Shown: one piece after another, positions 1-10,444 of the stretch | Layout: every line of letters begins with the position of its first letter | Numbering within the stretch: the first letter of the stretch is position 1 | Origin: Paraglomus brasilianum | Taxonomy: Eukaryota | Direction: 5' to 3' | DNA: 20,000 nt | NCBI GenBank assembly: GCA_910592345.1 | Contig: CAJVPI010000052.1 | Location: forward strand, 46,863-66,862 | Program-made: the position numbers and the translations under genes | The notes under the pieces: model-generated | Seen by the model: the letters and a program-made list of their open reading frames with translations, nothing else | Databases searched by the model: none | What the model was told of the DNA's origin: nothing

Positions 1-962
1 ACGATGAAACAGTTAGCAAACGGTTAAGTAAGTTTTTGACAAGGCAAAATTTATGGCTGATGGAATTGCTTGCAGGCTTGAAAAAAGATACCCGGAATAA
101 ATACCGAAGTACAGTGTATTACAGCAAATATTATTATCACGAAAGTATTAACTGATTTGAGCATACATCGGGTGTTACGAAATGCATATGCATACTAATA
201 CGAATATTAAATGATGACGTATGATCCTCCCTATTTTTTTGGAATTAAACTGCCTAGATCATATTGAGGCCTATTAGCGTTGCTGGAGCGGGAAAAGAGA
301 ATCTTTATTGATTTAATTTAGATAGTTGCCAGAGTTTACACTGTTTCAAGTATGCTCATTAACACAAGTTCATGTATAGATTAACACATTCCGCAGCTAG
401 TGAGATTCAAGCGAATTATTGCTATTATTGTTATATGAATTAGTCCAACATGTCGCACTCCTGAAATCCTTTTGTGACTGGTATTTATGGATGAGTAATA
501 CATATCATGTGATATATCTCCGAACGGAATTCCATGTCTGAAAGCTGATACACATAATAATTAAACGGATACAGTCACTGTACCACACATCATGCTGCAG
601 AAATTAACAGTATAACAACAATGCATCGCACACATTAATTCACTTCATCTGTAATTTACACCGCTATTTGACCTTCAGTTCTTGCCCAAGTCCCTAAATT
701 CGCTCTTTATTCTTCCCCACCATCACCTCCGCACTCTTTATTCGGCTACTCCTCCCGCTACATTCCATCCTCGGACGTAGCCCTACCGATTTTCTCACAT
801 ACATCCCGCGCTCTTTATTATATATTGTAGCCTAATAATATTCACGTATTTATATTATGTAACATAATCTCAAACATAATAACAAAGCCTTTAATACATT
901 CTCTAATAACTCTATTCACTTTTGGGTCTTGGGCATTTTAATAGATATAATTCTTCAAGAAA

Positions 963-2787
963 ATGAGATCTGTTGTGGTTCTTTTGCTTCAGTTGATAAT
1001 GGCCTTGACGGCCCTAACTTTACTCGTACAGGCTGCTCCTCAGGACCCCGCTCCTGTCCCTCCCGCTACTACTGCTCCTGCTCCAGCTCCAAGTAACTAT
1101 TATATTAACTGATCGTATTGATGTATATGGATTATTGTTTGCTTATACCTATTAGTACTGATGATTTTCTTCTCTGCTCTTTTCATTGTCGCTAAATGAC
1201 CTAAAACTGATTGTTCTTAATGTATGCACGAACTATGTCTATTAATCAAACGTCATCGATGTATGATCACTAGCCGACACAGCCGTTACTCCTCCCGCCG
1301 TTACTCCTCCCGCCGTTACTCCTCCTGCCGTTACTCCTCCCGCCGTAACACCCCCCGCCACAACACCTCCCGTCGCAACACCTCCTGTAGCTACACCCGC
1401 ACCTGTCCCTACTGATACCGTCGCGCAACCAGCTACTACAATATCTACTTCACAGCCTTCTGCAATACAACCATCTTCATCACCATCTTCAGTCCCTGTT
1501 CCTTGTATTCCCGACGCAACAACTCCAGGTAATCTGACATGCACTGATACCAACAGCTATTGCAACACTACTAGTCAACTTTGTACTGCAAAACAAGCGA
1601 GCGGTTCATCGTGCAGTAGCAATAATGAATGCTTGTCAAGTAGTTGCGATAATGGCGTATGTTCGGACGGACAATCAGATGCAGGAAGTACAACAGACAC
1701 GGGAAGTGGGTCAAAAAGCAACACGTTAGTTAAAGTTGCTATCACCGGTGGTGTTGTTGGACTCATAGCCGTGTTGGGCCTTGCATTCTGGGCAATCCGT
1801 TCTCGCAGAAAAAAGCAGTCAGGTGGATATAAATCAAGCGGACCTGGCGTTGCCCCAAGTGTATATAATGATGCAACATCCTTGAGCGTAGAGAAACGAA
1901 CTAGTAATGGTGGATATCCATTCTCAGCTCCATATACTGGATTTTCCAGCAACAACATTCAGGAACCAGACTCAACTCATTATGTGAACAATATACAAGC
2001 ATCAAATAGAGCGAATGATCAAGAAGATTACGTTGATCAGAGAATGATAGCCGAATATAATGCAGGGCAAAACACAGATCAAAACAGGGGATTCTCGAAT
2101 AATGGCGGAAATTACTATTCTGAAGAGTACAATGGTTACGACAACAGTTCGTTTGATCAACGATCTCCTCCCACTTTTCCACCTCCAGCGGTGGTAGTTC
2201 CTATACCGGAACGTCAGTCACGTGAGGCAAGGATGTCTGATAATGATTCGGGTCATTCTGGCAAATTAGATTTGGCTATTGCAGCAAGAGATCTTCTTAA
2301 ACAAGGCACAGGTAATCCTGAGGTCATGCTAAACGGCGATGCTGTATCCGCCAAATCTCCACGGGATTCTAATGGATCCTACATAAGCAACCAGGATGAT
2401 GACAATTACCTTGCAACAGAACCGATGTATCTTGGTATTGATAATTTTGCAGAAGATGATATGCGAACTACGAAGAATAAGCCTACTAATGGGCGGTACA
2501 AGATGCAATCAATGTATTCTAGAGATTCAAACTTCTTTGCTGGAGCACAAAACGTTCCTCCGAATCCACGTGCAGTCCAACGTAGATCGTCTTCGAAGAG
2601 AACCCTCGATGCATTTGGTGGTGGTGATGCTGGATCTGATTACAGTGATGACGAGTCCATCATTTCCGTATCACGTGTTCCACAGGCATCGGTATCTACT
2701 CAACATGCACCAATATTCAAGTCTTATCAGGCATCTGCTGAGGATGGATCAAATATGTCCGAGCGGTATAGGCGTGGCAGGAATTAG
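963..2787 (+). CDS. Single-pass cell-surface protein: signal peptide, Pro/Thr-rich (AVTPP)n stalk, 8-Cys module, TM helix, long disordered cytoplasmic tail (~547 aa)
   Basis: Exons 963-1092 and 1274-2787; the phase-1 intron 1093-1273 (GTAACT...TAG) keeps the frame. N-terminus MRSVVVLLLQLIMALTALTLLVQA is signal-peptide-like. It is followed by AVTPP repeats, a Cys cluster (CIPD..CTDTNSYCNTTSQLC..GSSCSSNNECLSSSCDNGVC), TM segment VAITGGVVGLIAVLGLAFWAI and basic RSRRKK. Confidence 0.85.
1282..1392 (+). repeat. Coding 15-bp tandem repeat (GCCGTTACTCCTCCC, AVTPP), degenerating towards the 3' end
   Basis: Four near-identical copies followed by diverged copies. They explain the spurious repetitive ORFs 1224-1415 (+) and 1242-1553 (-). 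Confidence 0.9.
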
Positions 2788-3093
2788 GCACAAAAAAATG
2801 CGAGTTTTTTAGAAATTAGACTTAGACATTTTGAATGGATAGATGCTGGCATCTGAAAGAGAACATATATTCTAATAAGTAACAATAGGAAATAATGTCT
2901 GATACAATTGTTACTCTACCTACCGTGTGTAATTGCTTGTATGTTTTCGTCGATGTTATGCATTCAGAACACTGTCTGGTTCTGCCGAGTTTTGTATTAC
3001 TATTGTAATTGTTGATAACTCTCCCTGAAATAAATCGCGACGTTAACTCTCGAGTTTGCATCACCAAATTTGAGTTAACCTAATTCGTATAAC

Positions 3094-3192
3094 ACGTGAT
3101 CATACGTAACCAGCCTATTTATTTTTGCTTTGCGCGCGTTACGTGTTCTTCCGTTGTGAATAAAAGTTCCTCGCGATAGTTACGTGTTCTTC
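3094..3192 (+). promoter_or_regulatory. Putative promoter of the CENP-P-like gene, with CACGTG, TTTGCGCGCG and a 14-bp direct repeat
   Basis: CACGTG at ~3094, TTTGCGCGCG at 3129-3138 (E2F/MCB-like), GTTACGTGTTCTTC at 3138-3151 and 3179-3192, all just before ATG 3198. Confidence 0.4.
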
Positions 3193-3197
3193 AACAT

Positions 3198-4681
3198 ATG
3201 CCAATGTCCTCCTACAGACGTAAATCCAAGCGGCTGAGATCGAATACAAGCCCAGTGAACCGGGACAACCAAGAGGAAAGGTCACGCATATTAACTCAGA
3301 TAGAAGCCTTGGAATCAGAGATTGTTGAATTGCAGACTAAAATCGATAACGAGAGAAAAAAGAAGCAAGAACTTGTTAGCCCAACAAATGACATTATGTA
3401 TCCTTGGTTTTAATGTATTTCACCGAGTCGAGCAGTGATATTCATTATGTATTCTTAACCTACGGACCTCTACAGACAACATTTGATACAAATAAATGAT
3501 CACGCTTTAAGATCATCTATAAATCTAAAGTCTGAAGAAGAGTATAGGACTTCCGGTTTTTACTTGATGAAAAGGAAGGCCCAGTGGCCGATGCTGATGT
3601 AATATAATGTTTATTTGACAACTAAGAATTCATTGGATGTTCTAACTAACTGGATTTGAGTTCACAGATTAGAAGGCTGTCCAGCTTTACCAAGGTACAA
3701 TTCTCGAAGGTGACCAATTATTTGGTAACAGCCGCCGATGGACGTACGTAATAATAAGTTTATTGTCTGTTGATTGATAACGCGTATGTCTCTACATATA
3801 GTATAGCTGTTCACTTTTTTTGCGATCCTGCTGTGCATATAGACCACATAAGGCATTACATACTCTCGGGTGCCTCTTATGGATTGCATTTTTCTGTTGA
3901 TTTCGATGCCGACGAAACCGAATCATGCATCCAAACACTAAGAATAAAAATCGGAGAAAGCATAAAAGCAGAAATAGCAAAGTTTGTAGCAAGGTCAGTT
4001 TCCATAGGATGGTTTCTTGATGGATATAACAAAAGCATTGGTGTCGACGCCATTTTCATTAGAATTATTTACAAAGATCTCTATTCTTATCCATAATGTT
4101 GAGAATGAAAGAAACCTCTTTGGGTTCTTTAAGGGCTTTGTTCAATATGCAAAATTGAATTACGAGCGCACTTCGCTGTTTGACGTTCTAAAAGGAAAAT
4201 ACCCTGATCTGATCGCGTATAATGATCTAACTCATGGAAGGAACATGTCCGAAAGTACTTCTGACGTGGGCAACAAAATATGCCCTTTATTACGATTCAC
4301 CTTAAACAGGTATTATTCAAACTATCGTTATTGTCGAAAGTTGACAACATCTGTGATCTCATGTCTGTATCTGTATACGTAGTAGTCCCAAACATCCCGA
4401 TATAATATTTCTCTGGAGGAACAAAGTATCGGACAAAGGGGAGATATTTCCTGAGGTACAATTGTATCCAAGGATGCCAGAGCAGTGTAAGTTTAAATAA
4501 TGCTAAAGGTTAAATTGTTATTGAAATCTCTATATTAATATGTATTTTATATGGATAGGGACTTGCTGGATGAGAAACATTTAATAGACCAGATCCCATC
4601 AAATTTTCATAGACTAGTAGAATTAAAAGGTTACAATCAGCTGTGGAAATCATGCTTAAATGTATATATGGGGTCTCGTGA
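3198..4681 (+). CDS. CENPP: Centromere protein P / Ctf19-like kinetochore subunit; frame lesions suggest a pseudogene or assembly errors
   Basis: Approximate exons 3198-3397, 3476-3598, 3668-3743, 3843-3993, 4097-4309, 4383/4386-4486, 4559-4681. An N-terminal coiled coil is followed by IRHYILSG..LHFSVDFD, EIAKFVA-SVENERNLFGFFKGFVQYAKLNYERTSLFDVLKGKYPDLI, IFLWRNKVSDKGEIFPEVQLYPRMP and LDEKHLIDQIPSNFHRLVELKG..AVEIMLK. These are colinear with CENP-P as I recall it (e.g. FVSRAEERKDLFMFFRSL..RKRTFKHLKEKYP). Confidence 0.75.
3398..3475 (+). other. U12-type (minor) GT-AG intron
   Basis: Donor GTATCCTT at 3398, branch-like TTCTTAACC at 3452-3460, CAG at 3473-3475. Removing it bypasses the TAA at 3411-3413 and continues the frame (IQHLIQIND). 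Confidence 0.75.
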
Positions 4682-5338
4682 CAACGGCCTTGCGCGTCGG
4701 AAGGAGTTACGTGATCAATAAGTACTCTTCTTCGTTGAAGCTTCGGGCTTCTTCGGTTTCGTCTCGGGTGATAGGCCGTGCCGAGAGCCAGATCGAAGAA
4801 TGTTTCAAATAAAGATTTGAAATTTTGGCCGGTGATTCTTTCTTTAATTGGTTTATTTATTCTCTGATTCTTCTCTGTTTGATGTGACGGATTCGATCAT
4901 TAAAAATAACTGGCAATCTTAGCAGACTGATTGCTGACAGGTTTTTATCATCTTTAATGCAAAAGTGCAGTTCTAGCACCCAAATTCAAAAGCTGCTGGT
5001 ATACAGGTCGGTTAATGATTAACTGTCGTTAAGATATGAATATAATGGGCGATATGAGAAACTTTCTGCAATTGATCACGCGTCGCGTAAATTATCCCGT
5101 GACCAAAGCCATTCAACCTGCGAGATCATAAGACTTGCAAAGCCCAAAGTCAACTTGCTGGTCTAAAAATCACATAATGCATGTGAATTCCGTACAATAA
5201 CATGCACATCGCACTGTTATTGATAGTATACATTTTTTAGATTTTTTTGCGGCGCAGCATAACTCCTTTAGAATAGTGGTGTGACCAAAGTGTTTTTCCC
5301 AAGTTTGCCGTTTCCATAGTCACGACGCTACCCAAATA

Positions 5339-5870
5339 ATGGTACGTGCGAAGTGCATGTGAGTAATCTTGTAGCTTCTAAAGTCCAGGCTGAAGTTGTA
5401 CTCCTCCCTCTGACTGACACATTAGGGACAACCTAGCTTTGATATGTTATCGAGCAATCTCTAGTTTTATCGAATGCTAATCAACAACATGCATACTTCA
5501 ACATAGCTATTCTACTCCTTCTTCAAGACACTCGTTGGGCAGGTCGTGACGGTAGAACTTAAGAACGACCTTGCTATTACCGGGGCCCTAGTGTCAGTAG
5601 ATCAGTTTTTAAACATAAAATTGGACAACATTCGCGTCGTCGACCAGCAAAAGTATCCTCATATGGTAGGAGAATAGGAATTATTTCATTACTCTTGAAA
5701 ACGGCTAATCTCTTGTTTGCATTCTGTAGATGGCAGTGAAGAATTGTTTTATAAGAGGATCAGTAGTTCGCTACGTTCAGTTACCTGCGAATGCAGTAGA
5801 TACGGCGTTGTTGCAAGATGCTGCTCGGCGAGAAGCACAGCAACCTACGCCTGCACCACGTATGAAATAA
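5339..5870 (+). CDS. LSM2: U6 snRNA-associated Sm-like protein LSm2 (~100 aa)
   Basis: ATG-only coding exon 5339-5341 (ATG|GTACGT); exon 5507-5665 (LFYSFFKTLVGQVVTVELKNDLAITGALVSVDQFLNIKLDNIRVVDQQKYPHM); exon 5730-5870 (MAVKNCFIRGSVVRYVQLP..LLQDAARREA). Absent from the ORF track. Confidence 0.96.
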
Positions 5871-6055
5871 GCCCTTAGTGTGTGATATATGGATAATAAA
5901 GCATGAGTTTGACTTTTTGTCATAATAAATTCTGGAAATGATAACAGTTTATTGTGGGTTTGGTATCGAAACTCTAAAAGTTCCGAGATTGATTCTCGAT
6001 TAAAGCATATAATATCTTAGTTGTTAATGTCGACTATGGAGGGGATTTTTAATAA

Positions 6056-7111
6056 CTACAGTTTTGCCTGTGAACTTCGATCAACACCAAGTTCTAACAG
6101 TTTTCCAAACGCTGATGCAAAATCGTTGAAGAAAGCTTGTTTGTCTTTGGCGTATATGTCAACGATTTCTCTAAACTTGGGATCCTTAATGAGAGCTAAA
6201 TCAGCAGGAAGCATCATGAGCTCATCACCATCGTCTTTGTATTGCGTTTGGCCATTCACCGCCTTGGGCGTCCAATTCTGTTTGACAAGTTGAACGAAAC
6301 TATTAATAGATTGACAGTGAGTTTCTGTATCATCAGAGATTATTGTCTTTGCGCAAATTGCGGGATACGTACAACTGGTTAGAGAAGCGTGTAGGCGTAT
6401 AAGTCCAAGGTCCCACAAACCCCGAACGATCCGCGTGACAGCGACCAATTGTGTGCGCTCCAATTAAAGCTACGATCTCTCTAGTAGCATATAAAATAAT
6501 AGGTAAGGAAAATCTATAACCAAAACTTCATCACAGTATGACAGATATAATTGAATTACCGATCATTGAACCCCATTCGATAAAAGATGTCACGTATATG
6601 TTGTTCGCCTTGAGCGGCGTCGGGAAGACGACCATTTGGCGGACAACTGCTCTCGGCTGTCTTGTCACTACGTCCTGGTTTCCAAAGGACAATGGGACCG
6701 TCCATGGATTCAATTGCGACGACTCCTGCCAGTGTCCATAAATCGGCATCTGCACAAGATCATCTCCATATCATTAAAGCAACTAGCAATTCCTAAACCA
6801 CTACCACTCCATCTCACAATGCCCAAATCTGTATGTAACCTACAGCTTATCCAAGGATGTTTCTGCTTAATCGGTTCTAAGAAAGCCCTCGCTTTGTCTA
6901 ACCCAGCGTTAGCAGGATCATTCGCTTCCATGGCGAATCTCATTGTTGCTCCATCACTGCCGCCTGTCTTTGAATGTACATCGTAAGTTCCTGAAGCGTG
7001 CCAAGCCAATCTCACTAATACTGGCCCTGCTGAGCCATCATCATAGCCTGGTTGAGGAAGAATCTTTTTAATGTCTTCGCGAACAGCAGCGTAGTCTCCC
7101 ACGTTTGACAT
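6056..7111 (-). CDS. CCP2: Class I heme peroxidase (cytochrome c peroxidase-like, CCP2 type) with PTS1, ~269 aa
   Basis: Exons 7111-6844, 6749-6560, 6480-6373, 6299-6056, all GT-AG and in frame. Distal RLAWH, proximal [20 protein letters not shown]-terminal AKL; no mitochondrial presequence. Confidence 0.92.
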
Positions 7112-8278
7112 GGAGAAAGGAAATGTGTTTGTAGACAAGGGATCGAAATTAGTAGTACACGAACACGGGTTTGTGCTCAATGAGGGTGTGATAACAATGG
7201 TAACGGTCGGACAATATGATCTCGTGCATTACCAATTGCGTGTTTTTTCCCATGAGTTATAAATAAGAACATTTACATTCTCCGCAAATAATACTGAAAT
7301 AAGAAGCGGGTAACTCCGCAGTAACACGTGATATACTGTAACCCGAGTATGAACATACCAAATATAAATGAACTTGAAGTAAGTTAAATGTTCATGATTA
7401 GGAGAGAAGAAAATCAAAATTGAGCTGCTCGTTCATAATAGTAATTTTCCCTGACAAGCATAAAGGGAGAGTGGATTGAAAATGAATGCATTGCTGAAAA
7501 TTAAGAGACCCCTGAAGCTTACTGCATGCCCCATTTATCTCAATGCTTATTTATTATAATAATAGAGCAGAAAAATTCTATAAAATTACGAAAAGACTTT
7601 GTTGTTTATTATTAAGAACCCGCTTGGTAATTACAGCAAAGTTGGCTATTTACTGTACTATTCTGTTATGTTTGGTCGCGCTGAGAGAGCTTTTTGATCG
7701 GGGAATGTTAACGTGTCCGCTTCAATTAAGGCGGTGGTTAATGTCGAAGGTGGCTACTTACTTATATATTCCCAATCGCCGGAATATATATTAGCCCCAA
7801 AGTTTAATTAGACTATGCTGAACACTCGACTTTATTGTTAGTGCTCCCATTCTAGTATAATATATTTTCATTAATATTAAATACCGATTATATGTTGACC
7901 AAATTCATCATTTCTAGTAGAAAGCATTGGAATAAACACTGATTACATAAATAGCGCGTCGCGAACGTGGGATAATCGCGTTCTGAACCTGATCACCTTT
8001 AATTTGAGACATTCGCATTCTATTGGCTGATAGTTGATTATATATTCGATTTTCTATTTGTGAAATGAAATCAGCAACATGTGAAATGATCCTCGCCAAG
8101 TTCCGACCGACTTTTGAAGTAACAATATTTGAATATCGCATGGCACAGTTATTATTAGCTACGTAGCTTGTATTTTATCAGATCTACAGTAGCGAATGTC
8201 GTCCTCATCTATGCTGGAATGAGCAACTCAAAGAAACATAAAAAACATAGAAAACGACAGAAGCGATCTCGCTCTAAT

Positions 8279-9702
8279 ATGTCTATTCCAAAACTTAGAG
8301 CAGCTATTATCACTGGAGCAAATAGGTATTTATATTACACCGATCCCTCATTCAAGTTTCTAACTGACCAGCTTTTTTGGCCAAACAGCGGTGTTGGTTT
8401 CGGTATTGCGCAGAGATTGCTTGATCACTCTGGGCGAAATCCTGACGAGCCTATTCGGATTATACTTGCTTGTCGGAACAAAGGAAGAGCAATACAAGCT
8501 CGCGATACTTTGTTAAAAGAGTATCCAAATGGGGATGTTGTGATAGCTCTCGTTGACACCAGCTCTGTGAGATCTGTATTTGAATTTTGCAACGAAATCA
8601 AGAAAAAGTGAGAAGATATAATGAATAACCGTTGCTTCCTGCATAAAGATTATATGTTACTTGAATGCTAATTGATGTGGGTTTTTTTAGATATAAGAAA
8701 CTCGATTTCTTATTTTGTAATGCTGGTGTTCTTTCTTGTGACTACATTGACTGGAGTATCGTTGCCAAACAAGTATTATTCGATCAGATAACTTTAATGA
8801 CCGAAACTCAGTGTGTCGTGCAACCAGTTGGAAAGTTAACAAGCGAAGAGATTGGGGAAACATTTGCGACTAATTTATTTGGTCATTATGTCATGGTATG
8901 TGAATGAAGTTTCACGGAAAAGGTGTATTTAGAAACTAATGGACGGTTTTTATAGATACGCGAGCTTGTTGATTTACTAGCAGTTTCTGGTGAGAGCAAA
9001 GTAATCTGGACCAGTTCTCTTACAGCCAGACGTAGTGATTATGATCCTAAAGACTTTCAAGGATGTCAAAGGTTTGGCATCATCTCAATCAACTTGATTT
9101 TGCAAAAAAAAAAACAACAAAAAACGCGTTTACCGATTTTTATTATGTCTGAAAGCAAATGTCCCTATGAAAGCTCAAAGTATGCTATTGATGTAATCGC
9201 TGTCGCGATGAATGATTTTCTTAATCGACGGAATATAAAAAGCTTTGTTACACATCCTGGCGTCGTTGCCTCGAATATTGCTAGAAGTCATATGCCATGG
9301 ATAATGGGAAAGATCATGGAGAATTTGTTCTATGTGGTAAGTTAACTGAAATACCGATAATTTAATAATTTTGGAGATGTGTCTCTTCGGGTGATATTAT
9401 TCTCATCCGTTCTTTCATACTCGCAATAGGCACATGTAGTTGGTCTGAGTATGACAACTGGTACCGGTTGGAATGGATCTTACGCTAATTATTATGTTGC
9501 CGTAACGCCTTTCGATGAACTTGACATCTCTGTAAAATATGGGAGTTTTATTAAACCATGGGGTACAGTATACGTTCGCAAGGATGATATCGATAAATAC
9601 GATGAAGGTGAAGCGAAATCGCTTTTGGGGAAGCTAAATGATCTTTTTGAGCGGTTTCAAAAAAAAAAACACTATAATACAAAACGGTTCTATGTTGATT
9701 AA
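8279..9702 (+). CDS. ERG27: 3-keto-steroid reductase (ERG27/HSD17B7 SDR family), ~346 aa; alternative upstream ATG at 8219
   Basis: Exons 8279-8325, 8389-8607, 8691-8895, 8956-9071, 9156-9336, 9430-9702. Motifs IITGANSGVGFGIA, ILACRN, FCNAG, FATNLFGHY, VIWTSS, PYESSK (YxxxK), THPGVVASNI. Confidence 0.9.
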
Positions 9703-10444
9703 TCGTAATTGGATGCATTAGTGGCTTATCCGTTGAATGCAGGCATGATATTTCGTTAAACTTTTCTTTTTGAACAAACTATTTTCATTAATTATATCAT
9801 TACAAGAAAAAGTCGTCGTGTTAGTTGCCGCAATCTCTATTTAATAGAATCTGTACCAATGTATAAGACGATATGTGCATAATTAGTAATGTTCACCACA
9901 AATTCTATTAAAATATCATATTTAAATGATGATCCTGAAGCATCAGATTGGTTTTCGCGTCTCACCTCTGTGTTACGAAAGTAGTTTACTCGGATTCGAT
10001 TATTCTTCAAGTATTATTCACGTACAGGAAAACAGACTTTTCGTTTATGTATTCCTTAATTCATCGAAATCTTTGATGATCTGGGAAGTGTTCAATCCAA
10101 AATTAGCATACTCAATACACATATATAATCCTTTGGACAGAATGTTATATGAAGGATTCATTGTACTTGTTACGTTTTAGGTAATTCAATTGGTCAACCT
10201 TAACAGAATCCGGTAAGTGAAATTCCCCTGAAATCTTGTATTAGTATTAGTTGGGCATATTGATCGGGTAAAGGGTATTTCGAAGCAATCCAGAATAATA
10301 AGAAATAACTTGGTAGTTCAATATTGCTTAATTTTCGCTCATTATCAATCCGATCTCACCCGCATCGGAACAACCAATTTTTCACACACCATTCACATAA
10401 AGAACGCGCCGCAGCAATTATTCGTTTATCCTCAAGCAAAGATA

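Noticed and set aside
1156..1221. Micro-exon inside intron 1 of the surface protein (AG at 1154-1155, GTATGC at 1222)
   Set aside because: Contains an in-frame TGA.
1224..1958. ORFs 1224-1415 (+), 1242-1553 (-), 1575-1958 (-)
   Set aside because: Alternative-frame or antisense shadows of the surface-protein exon.
5653..5660. GTATCCTC as another U12 donor
   Set aside because: Lies within the conserved KYPHM coding sequence of LSM2; the real donor is GTAGGA at 5666.
7229..8141. Short ORFs between the peroxidase and ERG27
   Set aside because: No recognisable motifs or exon structure; consistent with a divergent promoter region.
9926..10180. 84-aa ORF upstream of NHX1
   Set aside because: No homology cue or splice support; probably chance.
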